Assembly: GCA_964016885.1 (NCBI GenBank)
Contig: OZ024746.1
Span: forward strand, 14,322,001-14,386,000
Source: Eledone cirrhosa
Lineage: Eukaryota
Direction: 5' to 3'
Length of the DNA stretch: 64,000 nt
In this document: in pieces, positions 14,076 to 28,420 of the stretch
How positions within the stretch are numbered: position 1 is the first letter of the stretch
Layout of the letters: every line of letters begins with the position of its first letter
The notes under the pieces: generated by a model
What the model was told of the DNA's origin: nothing
The model's database searches: none
The model's input: only the letters and a program-made list of their open reading frames with translations
Position numbers and translations under genes: made by a program

Positions 14076-14267
14076 ATAATTGTTTCTACTTTTGGCACAA
14101 GGCCAGCAATTAACCAGTACAACACTGGTAGTTTATTTTATCGACCCCGTAAGTATGAAAGGCAAAGTCAACCTCGGCGGGATTTGAACTCAGATCGTAA
14201 AGGGACGTAACTATGCTGGAAAGCATGGCGTCCGACGCTCTACCGATACTGCCAATCCACCGCCCTT
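14076..14267 (-). mobile_element. tRNA-derived SINE (family A)
   Basis: Minus strand shows A box TGGCAGTATCGG, B box GAGTTCAAATCC, central GCCTTTCAT..CGGGGTCGATAAAA domain (resembles Meta/MESC SINE core, from memory) and an ATT tail. Many copies in the window. Confidence 0.9.
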
Positions 14268-14397
14268 ATACATATATATAATAATAATATTATTTATACT
14301 TATATATACACTATATATAATTATAAACAGGAAAGATCAGTAATTCATTACCACCTTATTATCAGTAAGAAAAATATATATATGTGTGTATGTATGC

Positions 14398-14472
<75 letters not shown>

Positions 14473-14473
14473 C

Positions 14474-14561
<88 letters not shown>

Positions 14562-14840
14562 TACTCGATGCATGCATGATGAGAAACAGAGTGGGAATAT
14601 TTAAGAGATACATACACACACATGTCCATATATGCATCCACATTTATATAAGTCTAATTGTACGTGTGTATGTGTATGTGTGAGTGTGTGTGCGTGTGTT
14701 GATATGTGTCTGTTGTGGTGTTTGAGTATGAGTGTAAAATAGAAATCTCCCAATTCCATTTCTAATTATTTTTCTAAGCAACGAGTATTCGCTGCAAACT
14801 CAAAGCAATAAATATATTTTACGCTATGCTGCTTTTCTCG

Positions 14841-14916
<76 letters not shown>

Positions 14917-15129
14917 CTTTCTCTCTCTCTCTCTCTCTTTCTTTCTCTCACTTTATCTACCTATCTCTCCCTCTCTCTCTCTCTTTCTTTCTCTCTATCT
15001 CTCTCTCTTTATCTATCTATCTATCTCTATCTCTATCTCTTTCTCTCTCTCTCTCTTTTTTTCTTTCTCTCTCTCTCTTTCTCTCTCTCACTCTATCTAT
15101 CTATCTCTCCCTCTCTCTCTCTTTCTTTC

Positions 15130-15169
<40 letters not shown>

Positions 15170-15190
15170 CTCCGTCTCTCTTTCTTTCTC
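14398..15190. repeat. (TA)n/(TG)n and (CT)n microsatellite cluster
   Basis: Seen directly. Confidence 0.9.
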
Positions 15191-16639
15191 TTCGCCCTGT
15201 ATTTCTGTTTCACTGTGTTGGTTATATTTAAAGAATATCATTGTTAGTATTGTTTTGGAAGCCGACACAGGTACATCTGTCTGGAGAGCAGGTATTTGTG
15301 CTACCATGAATAGTGATAGGATATCATTTACACAGAATTTGTTAATTAAATAAATCTAGTTTGGTAAAAAGGAAACAATTGTTTATCTTTTTGGCAAACT
15401 GCACATTATTGATTTCCTACAGACAATCATGATAGATGTTGACTGATGAATAACAAGCTAATTTTAGGTAAGCTCATAACTTTAGGAAATTAATTATTTT
15501 CGTCGTACAACATCGATAATATTCCCTAGCTATAATGGTTTTGACATACCTCAATTTCAAACAATTTCTACATTCTCTACATCTCATCAACTATCTGACA
15601 TTATATTTATTAGATTTCCTTCTTTTAGACTAAGCAACACCGAATTTAATAAGGATCTTTTGAAAGAGAAATAAAGCAAAAATATTCAAACTGCAGGATT
15701 CTGTATGTGATCTTCAATAAATGAGAGAAAAAGTGAAATGATTTGGGGAACTGTATAGATTTACTAACATTCAGATGTTTATTCTACCGGTTTAATAAAA
15801 TAAAATAGTGTTAGCCGGGACTTTGCAAGGACTCTACATTATTTGATATTGTTCTTGACAGGTAAACATCTACTTTCCCAGGCCAGAAGAGATACCACTT
15901 TAACATAGTCCATGTAAGATAATAAATATTTGTGAAATGGAATCCATATTTATCGAATGACAGGCTAACGAATTAGATTTTCCAAGAATATTCCTGTATT
16001 TTTTATTCTTAACATACATATGCTAAGTTGTTGATTGAGTCATTACTCAAGTTAGTAGATTTTCGTTTTGTGTTAACGCTTACAAGCGTCTGCAAGACTG
16101 TAAATCTGATCACATTAATATATGGTTATCGATTTGTAGTACCACTTTTCTTTGTTCAGAAATATTAGGACTTAAGCAATAAATCATATAACGGGGCTAC
16201 TAGTATTAGGAAAAATATTGCAATTCATAAGCTGCTTTTGAAGTAGGGAAACTTCTAAATAAATCACAAACTAATTATTCTGAGTTCCATAGAAATTCAA
16301 TAAATTTGCATTTACAACATTCATATAACATATATACGTTTCGTTAATACGTAAAACTAATCTGCTTCTTATACAAATTAGGTAGTGTCGAGAAGTCCAT
16401 GTAAGAAGTGGGAGACCAATGTCCTTTCAGACCCTATTAAGTCACATTTTCACCTTGTTCTAGCAAATTCTCCGCGGTATACATTTGCAGCTATTAATGT
16501 AGAGAGCGACGAATAGTATGTTCTAACCAAGCCAGAGGACAGTGAAGAATCGTTTCCACAATAATGTCATTCGTGGCCTTTCACAAGATATTCTTGCCTT
16601 GTGATGACCAGGATGACTCTAAAGTAACGCATTTTAAAT

Positions 16640-16771
16640 CTGTGTCCACATAATATCGAATCTATAAGATTTTGATATCATTTATTTTGAGAACAATACC
16701 TTAAAGTTGGATGAACAGCAAGTTACAGCCGGTTTGAACAGAAAGCGGTGAAAGAATTAAATGCTAAAGGG
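16640..16771. mobile_element. Partial piggyBac-like MITE (right end), same family as 59159-59373
   Basis: Shares CACATAATATCGAATCTAT..TTTTGAGAACAATACCTTAA and ends TAAATGCTAAAGGG followed by TTAA. Confidence 0.7.
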
Positions 16772-17719
16772 TTAAACTGTCTCTATTTTGTGTCCTATCC
16801 TTTTTCTAATATTACCACCATTCTCTCATTACACACCTTCACCCATTGTCACCAACTATTACCATTATGCTCCCCAAGATAAAAAAAAAATCCTTATATT
16901 CACCACTCTTCGTAGTCCGTTGCTTGGGATTTTATTTCCCAATTTGAATAAACTACAACGGACGCGGCGTAGTTATGAAGAAATACGAATATAAAATAAT
17001 ATACAACATAGATGATTTTGGTGAAAGATGAACTGAGACAGACGACAATTCAGTTATCGACTTTCTGTGGCTCACCAAGTGTATCCATACAAGGAGACAA
17101 AATATATTTAATCATTATATGATATATGATTTTCCGTATCTCTAAGCAGTCATGTATATGACTTCCGTATTCATATCCAGACTACGTTGATGAAATTCTT
17201 ATTAATCCACTGCTGTCAGCCTTTTAGCAATATGTAAATTTTCCTGTTAGTAATAGTTTCTTTACGTTATCATACGTATATATAATCCCCTGAATTTCAG
17301 TAGCTAAATGATGTAATTGGTTGGTGTTGAATCCATAGAAAGAAACATATCTCCTTGTATACAGCTTGCGAGGTTTTGTACATTACCCAGGTTATATTAT
17401 ATTTTCACAGGGACACTGCATACTTATACTACAACCAAGGTAAAATGGCTTAAATGGGGATGAATTTTTCGTAAAATTCTGAATTTCATCAATTCAAAAT
17501 ATATCCGCTAATAGCCTGTATTGGAAATGATTCATTCAATATTGAAGGCTTTTCTCTGTCTCCTTCTCTCTCCCTGATTCTATGATTCTGAGTGAAAAAT
17601 AAAGAGAGAACTTGTAACTAAATGCATTTTTTTCTCTGCCTCTCTCAACAGAAAATTTGTTATATTTAGAATAAATTTGAACCTTATAGTATGTTTTCTT
17701 TTCTTTTTCTCTACTCAAC

Positions 17720-17887
17720 TCTCTATCTATCTATCTACCTATCTATCTACTTATCTGTTTCTTTATTTATTTCTCTCTCAGTCTGTCTACCTGTATCTCT
17801 CCCAGTCTCCCGCTGCCTGCCCTTATGTCTCTTTCTCTCACACACTCGCTCTATCTATCTTTATCTCACTCACACACACACACTCTT

Positions 17888-17920
<33 letters not shown>

Positions 17921-17955
17921 GTTTCTCTCTCTCACTCTCTCACATACGCACACAT

Positions 17956-18001
<46 letters not shown>

Positions 18002-18003
18002 TC

Positions 18004-18047
<44 letters not shown>
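17720..18047. repeat. (CT)n-rich microsatellite
   Basis: Seen directly. Confidence 0.9.
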
Positions 18048-18048
<1 letters not shown>

Positions 18049-18329
18049 GATAAGAAAACTATGACTATATTTTTAAAAAAGAACTCTAAAGTTTTCATAT
18101 CACTCAAAAAGTGTCCAGTATGACAGAAACGTATATGTGATTTTTTTTCAAATTTCATTTTTTATCTTTATTACTAGAAATAGTATGAAATAGAATACAT
18201 AAGATTCTAAAGGTGATGTTCGTGACATAACTAAAAAAATTATATAGCAATTTGTTTTTCTCACTTATAACATGAAAGCGATGGAATAAACCAACGAAAA
18301 TAAGCCTTTTTGAAGAAATCATTCCAGAA

Positions 18330-21300
18330 CATTAAACACGAACCAGTCTCAGTGATTCCCGTTGATGGCTATGGAAGGAAACAAGGAGAAAATTATTATT
18401 TATCGCTCGCCTCTAGATGTACCCCCCACTGGTAATATGGTCGTAATTTTAACAAAGATGAATACTATCTCCGACAGTAATGCCACATATCCGACTAAAT
18501 GCATAATTCATTTTACAAGGATTTGCTACAAAGAGCATGGCTGAACACATCATCAACAACAACATTAAGGAAGTACCGAAGAAAAACAACGAGAAAGGTA
18601 AACAAAATTTATTCAGTTGTAACTACAGAAGAAACCGAAATTATAAATCGCATTTCTCTTGGAGATGCGAACTTAATGATGATTTATTTAATTGTTATAA
18701 CATGGCAAAAAACAATCCCTCCATTGACTATATGACAGAATGAAACTACACTGGGACGAAATGCACCCAGAGCTAAATTATTTCACAGCGAAACAATTAC
18801 GCCAACAAGCGACGTTTGTTGAACGTAAAAATAAGATAAATATTATTAATTGTAAGTCCCCCACAACAAACATGGGATCAACAACACGTGCTACAGGTCG
18901 ACATGCTACTAGACTTCCTAGCAGCCAGGTCGAACAGTGCCTTGAAACAACTATGCCTGTAAAAAAAACTTGACACCACGTGTACCATCTAAGTCTACCT
19001 CGAATACTGGGGAAAACACTATCGATAATAATAATAATCGAAGAAATAATATTAATAATCGAAGAAAATTGACACCACGTGTACCATCTGAGTCTACCTC
19101 GACTATTGTGGAAAATACTATCGATAATGGTAATAATCAAAAGTATAAACAATTGAAAATTTCCCTCAACGAAATCTTCCAGAGAGAAATTAATTCATGT
19201 ATAAATATCTCTCTTGCTGAACGTACTAAAACAACAATATTTAATATAAAACCAAATAATGAAATATTACGTGGTATTGACGAAATAGGGGATGAATATT
19301 TACGACGGATAAAAACCCCAACATTTTGGCAAATCAACGCCTGTTTATATACCTTAACAACGACAATGAAGCATTATCTTGGTGATAGTGGAGATATTAA
19401 CAAGAACAAAACACCACCAAAAATACCATCATATATAACTAAAATACAAAAAAGATTGCTGACCTACGAAAAACCATAGGATATATGACAATGCTCCTTA
19501 CATGCAAACAAACACACAAAAACCTCACTCCTCACCAACAAAGAGTGAAAAATAAAATAGAGACGATGTTTGGTAACAGTAGAACCAGAACTCTTCAATA
19601 TAAGCTACTCACCCTCAAAGAAGAATTGAGAGCTGTTAGCGAAAAACGCCGATACCTGAAGAAGGTAGATGAAAGAAAAGTGCTTAATAAAAGATTCAGA
19701 CGAAACCAAACATCAGTCTATAGAGATATGAAGAGCAAAATAATAAGTGTCGCTGAGGCCCCCATCCTAGAAAGATATAGAATCCTTTTGGACAAAAATA
19801 TGGGGTCAAAAGAAGAATTTCAACCAAGATGCAGTGTGGCTAAAAGAAATCCGAAAGAACTATTGCTCCTACACTACAACAACAAAAATACGAAATAAGT
19901 AAGGGTACCCTTGAGACTGTGATAGGAAAACTCCAAGATAAGAAAACACCAGGAAGAGACATGATTGTCGGCTACTGGCACAAAATTCTGATATTCTATC
20001 GGAGGTATCTTACTGACCTCTACCAACAAGTTCTTAAGGGAGATACACTTATACCAGAATGGTTGACATTAGCACAAACATTACTGGTCCCCAAGAACAA
20101 AGACACCCACTTGGCAAAAAACTACTGACTCATTGCATGCCAGAACCTGATGTATAAGATGTATACAGCCTGAACCTATTCCTCCAAGATCACTGTGAAA
20201 ATAATAACATCATCACAGATGAACAAGCAGCTGGAAAGAAAGGGGTTTGGGGATGTGCTGAACAACTCCTAATTAACAAAACTGCGATGTCGGAGGTGCG
20301 ACAACTTAGGAGGAATATGGCTACAGTCTGGCTGGACTACAGGAAAGCTTTCGATTCTGTTCCCCATTCTTGGATGATAGAGGCCCTCCAGCCTGCTAAA
20401 GTCCCAGACATTATTATCAGAGCCATAGAGAGGCTGTCTTCTTCTTGGGCTACTATCGTAAGGTTAAAGACAGAGAAGGAGGACTCTATATTCACTGATA
20501 AAATAAAATATCGCAGGGGTATATTTCAGGGAGACAGTCTCTCTGTGATATTATTCATCCTGTCATTAAACCCCTTGTCCTTTCTGCTCAAGAAATGTGA
20601 AGGATACATCATTGACTCACAGGAGGACAGAAATACAAACCTAACCCATAATTTCTTTGTGGATGATCTGAAACTCTATGCCAAGAACATGGATGGGATG
20701 AAGAAAAATCTTGACCTGGTTACAACGTTCTCAAAGGGTATAAGAATGGAGTTTGGCCAAGATAAATGCTCATATATGACTGTAAAGCGGGGAAAAACAA
20801 CAACCCAATCTAGCAACATTGTCATCAATGGCCTAACTGTTTCACCGATATCTGATGAGGACTGCTACAAATACCTGGGGATAGATGAGAACATATCCTA
20901 TAATGGTATATGTAATAAAGAACGTGTAACCAGGGAATACTACACCCGATTAAGAAGGATTTGGTCAACGAAACTCTCTGCGCAAAATAAAACAGTGGCT
21001 CACAATGTGTTTGCTGTGCCTGTCCTAACACCAACGTTTGGAATACTCAATTGGACGATAGACGAAATCCGAGCAGTTGATGTTGGAACTTGAAAAATAC
21101 TAAACAACACCGGAAACTTCCACATCAACAGTGTCATAGACCGCCTTCACTTGAAACGTAAACAGGGAGGCAGAGGCCTAACATCAGTCCAGACAGCATT
21201 TGAATGTCGCATCATATCCCTCCGACATCTACGAACCTCGAAGCGTAGGAGCCCGTCTCTCGAGCAAGTCTATCTGCATGAAACAGATAAGATCATGAGA

Positions 21301-22436
21301 GTTGGGAAGGAACTCCTCGAGAGATATTCCCTGTATGATAATCAAAAACTCACACCCAGGGAAGTCGCTCAGCAGTATCGCAGTGAATCCATGTATGAAA
21401 AACTGCATGCTTATCAGCAAAAAATCATGCATGGATATGTTGCCAGGAAGCTCCAGAGTGAGAGTAATATAGATAAGGAAAGTAGTCTATCTTGGACCAA
21501 CAACAGCTATATTGGCTTCTACTTTGAAGAATACGCTTTTGCAATCCAAGAACAGGAAATTAACACAAAATACCTGATTCACAAAAGAGATAGCAAAACA
21601 CCTAGATGTGATAACAAATGCAGACTCTGCAGAATTAACATCAAAGATGTCACCCATGTCATCAGCAGCTGTCCAAAGATATCATTGCGGTATATCTACC
21701 TATGGGGCATGATGTAGTGGCCAAAGCACTGTACAATGCAGTTCGTAAAAAAGATAGCCCCGATAATAAACACATTAAAAGCTACAGCAATGTGGAAGAC
21801 ATTCACGTACATAATATGAAAGAGTACTGGTGGAATTTCCAGTAAAAGCTCCAATAAAATACAGGCATAACAGACCAGATATTATGATATGGGAGAGGGA
21901 GAAGAAAGCATGCACAGTAGTGGAAATTAGCTGCCCAGCAGATGCCAATATAATATCAAAGGTTAGCGAAAAGGAGAATATTTATGCAGAACTGATAAGA
22001 AATCTGCAGATAGTCCACCCTGATTACACCTTCAGATGTATGCCTGTGATTATTGGGGCACTGGGATATGTTAGTAACTGCCTCAATACAAATCTTGAGA
22101 AGCTAGGCTTCACAGGAACAGAAAGAACACAACTAGTTAGGAAATTACAAGTACAATCCATTAATGGAACAGTAAAAATATGTAAAACATTCCAAAGATT
22201 TTGCAATAACTGCATATACACATCTACAGATACAAAGCATATACACATGCACACATACAACTCAAAACATACACATCCACACATACAATAACATCCATAT
22301 CTACACATGCATGCATACATACATATCTACCTAGTTGATGTTGTGTAAATTCCAATGAGAGAGTCTTGTGTCTATGTTAGAAACCGACTCTCTCTCTATT
22401 GGGAAAACATTTTTGAAATTATAAAACCAGAAGAAC
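18330..22436 (+). mobile_element. RLE-type non-LTR retrotransposon, R4/Dong-like; near full length, frameshifted (5' end approximate)
   Basis: Collinear motifs: N-terminal WRCELNDDLFNCY..WDEMHP..LRQQ; KTPGRD; WLDYRKAFDSVPHSW; GIFQGDSLS; FFVDDLKLY; YKYLG; GGRGL; CRLC..HVISSC knuckle; NRPD..EISCP..K..Y restriction-like endonuclease; IIGALG. Ends in (CATA)n. Confidence 0.9.
20287..21093 (+). pseudogene. Reverse transcriptase core of the R4/Dong-like element, disrupted on both sides
   Basis: 268-aa ORF with LDYRKAFD, QGDSLS and FVDD; flanked by stops and frameshifts. Confidence 0.9.
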
Positions 22437-22462
22437 ATACATACATACATACACACATACAT

Positions 22463-22785
22463 GATGGCTGCCCCCTCGTTATCGAGTATGGCCATTGCAC
22501 GATAAAACATTATTAATAATTATCAATTAATTGTATCGTGCAATGCCTGTGAAGATTTTTTTTAAAGTGAGGAAGGACTGAGACAATCCCACTCTCTGAG
22601 CGACAGTAGGTATAACCCGAAAAGAAGAAAAAGATCAACATAATCGGTAACTACTGAGCCGTAGGTTTTATATCAGAGTTATCCCCGTTTCCTGAGTTGC
22701 CTTCTCCTAGAAGAATGCCTTGACAAAGGCGAAGGGTCCTTCACTCCCAGTGGTTTAACTGCGCGATCGGGTATCCAGCACGATT
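22463..22785 (-). mobile_element. Short non-autonomous RTE-derived element
   Basis: Minus strand has GCCTTTGTCAAGGCA..CTAGGAGAAGG..AACTCTGATATAA (RTE 5'-UTR-like). Its 3' end is shared with the 22945 copy. (TATG)n tail. Confidence 0.55.
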
Positions 22786-22906
22786 ATTTATATACATATA
22801 TATATACATACATGCATATACACACATACATACACACATACACACATACATACACACATACATACATACATACACACATACATACACACATACACACATA
22901 CATACA

Positions 22907-22942
<36 letters not shown>

Positions 22943-22944
22943 TA

Positions 22945-23535
22945 TGGTGGCTGCCAACTCGTTTTCGAGTACGGCCCCTACTTTATATCCATGTAGGAGA
23001 ACCCCTACCGATGCGCTGAACGAGTGTGATTTTTAGTCCAGCCAGCGACTTGAAAACTCTGGTACAAACGCTACACTTGTGACAATTATTGACACATAGT
23101 GCTGGGCCCATGGTACCATGTGACGAAAAGTGCAGAGAGATCTCCAGATATAAAGCAATGCCTGTGCCGTGAAGCTTTTATAGTGAGCAAAGGCACTGCA
23201 CAAAACCAGTCCCACTCTCTTAACCAAGATGATATTTACCAAAAAGAAGAACAAGTCAACATCATTGGATACCATCAGAGTTGCAGGTGTTATATCAGAG
23301 TTTTCCTTCTCCTAGAATTCTGCCTTGACAAAGGCTAAGGGGTCATCTCTCCCGGTGATTTTGGATGGCCATTGACTCTTATGAGCTCCTTTTCCTTTTG
23401 ACAGGTTTTGTTTTTAGTCCTGCAGGATGTCCAAAGTCACCAACCTTGGTGGGGTTGCCAGTGTAGTCGCCAACGACCCGACCATGAGACAGGTTGTACT
23501 GGGATACATGTTACCAGTAGCACCAACTGGTGACC
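22945..23535 (-). mobile_element. Non-autonomous RTE-derived element with a structured 5' end
   Basis: CTAGGAGAAGGAAAACTCTGATATAA motif; same terminal motif as the 22463 copy; bounded by (CATA)n tracts. Confidence 0.55.
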
Positions 23536-23813
23536 ATACATACATACATACATACATACATGCATACATACATGCATGCATGCATGCATGCATGGTGCTT
23601 AATCTAAATATCTTTCTGAAGGTTTATACCCGAAAGCAAACAGAAATTTACAGATCTATTACTTTATATGTAGATATACTTGTACGGATTTTTCAGTGTT
23701 TGTGTGTGTGAGAGTGTGTGTGTGCATATGAGTGTGTGTGTGGGGGGGGGGGGGGCAGTATACATAGGGAACGCGATTAAACTTACAATGTCTAGAGAGA
23801 TATTCACTTAAAT

Positions 23814-24003
23814 AATAATTGTTTCTACTTTAGGCACAAGGCCAGCAACTACCCAGTGCATTACTGGTACTTTATTTTATCGACCCCGTAAGGATGAAAG
23901 GCAAAGTGAACCTCGGCGGGATTTGAACTCAGTAAAGGGACGTAACTATGCTGTAAAGCATGGCGTCCGACCCTCTACCGATACTGCCAATCCACCGCCC
24001 TTA
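23814..24003 (-). mobile_element. SINE family A with TSD
   Basis: Full A and B boxes; flanking duplication TATTCACTTAAATAATA. Confidence 0.9.
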
Positions 24004-24134
24004 TAATTATTCACTTAAATAATAGTATTATGAAAACATATTTCAATGTTGACATTAAAATATTATCAATATCGTAAATTCGCTCCACGTAATTACTAGT
24101 AATCTAACGAGTTTCAGGTCTCGTATGTGTATGT

Positions 24135-24136
24135 AT

Positions 24137-24201
<65 letters not shown>

Positions 24202-24406
24202 CATATATATACATATATATATACATATATATGTATACAAATATATATATATATATACATTTATATACATATATATACATATATATAGATACATATATAT
24301 ACATATATATATACATATATATACATATATATACATATATATACATATATATATACTCACGTATATATATATATATATACATGTATATATATATATATAT
24401 ATACAC

Positions 24407-24503
<97 letters not shown>

Positions 24504-24616
24504 CACACGTATATATATATACACGTATATATTTATATACACACACATATATATATTTATATATATATATATATTTATATATATACATATACACATATGT
24601 ATATATGTATGTATAC

Positions 24617-24669
<53 letters not shown>

Positions 24670-24700
24670 CAAGTATGTATGTATGTATGTATGTATGTAT
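24135..24700. repeat. Long degenerate (TA)n/(CA)n tract
   Basis: Seen directly. Confidence 0.95.
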
Positions 24701-25836
24701 AAACTTGATGTTTAGTTTTTGGAAGTATTTTGATGCAATAAAGAACTCGTATAATGCCATTGACATATCTACGATCCAAATGCCAATTCAACGAATTTCA
24801 GTAACACAGAATAAGATATTAATATAATTATATCAATGCTTAACAAGGAATAACTTTTAGGGTTTTGAATATATTTTTCATCTCTTCTTGACTATTAACA
24901 TCAACGCCACTACCACCACCCTCGTAATCATTTCCTCCTCCCCTTCCTCCTACTCCTCCTCCTCCTCCTTATCTTTCTCATCCTCGTCGTCGTCGTCATA
25001 AAATTTATTCCGCATATTAATATATCATAAGAACTCTTTCAAGATTTTCTCTTTGAATCCGCCTTGTAAAACATCAATAACAGAACGATATTTATCACTA
25101 AAATATTGATAACTTTAATGTAGTCAGTAACCTTTTCCCAGATGATTTGAATGTTAATAGTAACATCAACGACGTTTATTTCTTATAGACTGGCATAATT
25201 TAAAACAAAATTATTGGTTTTGTTGCCATACAGACTGAAATCTGACATATAAATACGTATGAATCAGGCAAATAGATATCAGTAACAGGGTTAGAAACAT
25301 CAATTTATCATCTACTGTATAATTATCTGTAACAGTTAGTAAAATTAACTAATGTAGATATCCTATTATAACTTAAGCAGCTTTTGTTAACCATCACTGT
25401 AGATTTAAAATCCCTTTATTGTCAAATAATACGTTATATTTGTATCTAGTGCATATATAAAGAAGTAATATCATTTATAATATATCATGTGCGTCTTCCA
25501 GTTTCATCACTAAACCATAGAGACTGGAATAGAAAACTGTGCTTATGCATTTATGTCACCAATGAGATCGCAAGAATGTTTTTTAAAGTTGCTGACTCAA
25601 TTTCATAAGAACGATTAAAATAAACCCATATCTCTCAAGACAGGAAAAATTATTACAAAGGAATAAATAAAATATAGATATATAGAAACTTTTGGTTATT
25701 GCAAAAATTTATTAACTACCATAAAACTATTTATTTGTATCTTAGTAGCGAGATGTGAGTCTCCCAACCCAATTTAGAATACGTAGAAAAAGACATAATA
25801 TTTGAAGATCCCTATTGCTAACTACTACATAAACAA

Positions 25837-25971
<135 letters not shown>

Positions 25972-26018
25972 CAGGAAAGAAGAGTGACACGGTTTGCTAT
26001 ACAGTAATTTGTTACCCC

Positions 26019-26064
<46 letters not shown>

Positions 26065-26817
26065 CTGCTAGTGTGTATGTGTGTATTATTTAACTAACTA
26101 TTATTCCATTGCTTTGTGAATAACCATGCACCAAGAAATTGTTTATGTTTTTCCTATATGCGAAGGGAATTCTCATCTATTATTTTCACTTTTGTATTAT
26201 GATAATATAGATCAGTGGGCAATATAATGTTATTTAAGACTTAGTGAGTGTCATGTATTTTAGTAAAGCAAAGCAGATCAATATTATTTATCATGAAGTA
26301 TTTGTTGCATTTTTGCTTCCTTGTGAGAATTTCTATTCTGCTACTAAACTCGAAAAGGTATTATTTCATTCGTTCACTTCATACTTGCAAAACTTCTAGA
26401 TTTATGCATTGGTATGAAGATTCCGTTAATGTCATCTTGCTGGTGATGAAAGACATTGGTTATCTGCTTTCATAAAGTAGACAGATTCAGTCATATCAAC
26501 TCAGAAAGAAAATATATCATAGAGTTGATATAACTTTAGTTAGTAGAAAGGAAGATTATTGCAGCAATCATTCAAGACTAAATTAATGTCCCAAAGACAG
26601 TCAATGAGGTTTAAATAATGATTTGCAAATACGCCAACGCCATCTACTTTAGATTGTATTTGCAAATTAATAGAGATCGGATGGACAGTTGATATAATTT
26701 CTACCTTACACATATAGGTATGTGTTTAATTACACATAACCTTGTACCCACACCCATATATATATGTGGGGGGGGGGGTGCATATGAATGTATATATAAA
26801 TAAAAGTGTACAATAAT

Positions 26818-26849
<32 letters not shown>

Positions 26850-27383
26850 ATTACTTTACTCTTATTCATATAATAGCATATTACCAGTCAAAAAAGTCGG
26901 GGTTTATAGTAAAATATACCTATGTCATTAAAGAAACATCAAATACTGTTTCATTTATGAAAATATGTTTATAGCTTTTAAAATTTTGATTCATACGATT
27001 ATTTCATATATCCAATATTGTTACATCAGTATCGATTTCACTGTTAAATATATTCTACAACGCTGTTGATCATCTTTAATTCGACCTTATCAGTGCATGA
27101 CCTTCCATAGAGAGATTTTTTGTAAGGTTAAATTGATCATATTATCAACGGTGTTGGTATTTTGAACATCGGTGATCTGACAGAAATTAGTGTTATCAGA
27201 ATTAATGACTTCATTTTTTTTTCTTTATGCGTTCTCCTTTGCGTAAATGTTCAGTAGCACACCGTGAGTTTCATAAAAGCTGTTATTTTGTAAATAATAG
27301 TGTTATATATTTAATATTTATATGTGCTCGACAATTCAAATTTGCAGTCACAACTCTTGCAAGTACAACTATAGATAATCTGG

Positions 27384-27630
27384 TAGTATCGACTTTTGAA
27401 ATTAAATAGAATGTTATGTATATTTTGATATTATTGAAATTTCAACAGAGGTATTTGCAAATGGTAATCAAATCATTTGAACAAAATTAATGATCGTTAA
27501 GAGACAAACACATAGTATTGACTTCTGAAATTAAATTGAGTTCATGTATGTGTTGATATTCCTGAAATTTCAGCAGATGTGTTTGAAAATGACAAGTAAA
27601 TCATTTAAATAAAATTAATGATCGTTAAGA
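27384..27630. repeat. Diverged ~128-bp tandem duplication
   Basis: TAGTAT.GACTT.TGAAATTAAAT...AAAATTAATGATCGTTAAGA occurs twice. Confidence 0.75.
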
Positions 27631-27915
27631 CAAGATGTCCGTCAGATTGAGTAATGGTTTCTAAATTTTAAATGTGATTTCCAATAATCATTTATTTTCC
27701 TGTTCATTGAGATTAATTGTGAATACCGAGAAATTCGGTGAAATTCTCCAGTATAATGTATCCGACGACTAATATTCAAAATTTAAACTAAACTCATCAA
27801 CATTTCCATGAATTTGCACAGTCTGTTTCACATTAAACAAACTACTGACCACTTATTAAATTCACTACTACTACTATAGCTGCTGCTGATGTTGTTGTTG
27901 CTGCTCCTGCTACTG

Positions 27916-27988
<73 letters not shown>

Positions 27989-28344
27989 AGATGATATTGT
28001 TTACAGTTCTATAAAATAGACAAATGAAATATAAGAAATGAAAATATGCTTGACATCAGATATCACTTTTCGAGAAAAGCAACAAACTGTTTATTATATA
28101 TGTAATGTATTATATTGATGTAGAGCATATAGTTTTTTGTGGTTTTGATATATTGAAATAGCATCATATATTTAATATTTATATGTGCTTGACGATTCTA
28201 GTGATAGAAGCAGGTTCATACTTTTTTATCGTTGTTCATTTTTCTTTCAGATTATAATCATACCAATTTGTATTTCCGATTAACAGTTTAATCTATTTCT
28301 TTTAATGTGTGTTAAGTTCCATCCGACAATACACCATACACAGT

Positions 28345-28420
28345 AATAATGGTTTCTGATTTAGGCACAAGGCCAACAATTTTGAAGGAAGGGAAAGTCG
28401 ATTAAATCTACCCCCAGTGT
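28345..28420 (-). mobile_element. SINE 3' fragment (family A relative)
   Basis: Minus strand GATTTAATCGACTTTCCC..GGCCTTGTGCCTAAATCAGAAACCATTATT, as in the 62540 copy. Confidence 0.7.

Noticed and set aside
14076-14267. tRNA genes at the A/B-box motifs
   Set aside because: No cloverleaf; multi-copy with tails and TSDs, so these are SINE heads.
15585-15660. Minus-strand peptide SLLNSVLLSLKEGNL after a good acceptor, faintly like an ionotropic glutamate receptor S2 segment
   Set aside because: It hits a stop before the expected KWW motif, and no other receptor exons were found.
27100-27830. Cadherin-like snippet (ITDVQN) on the minus strand
   Set aside because: Only a few residues match, the neighbouring frame has stops, and there is no convincing donor.
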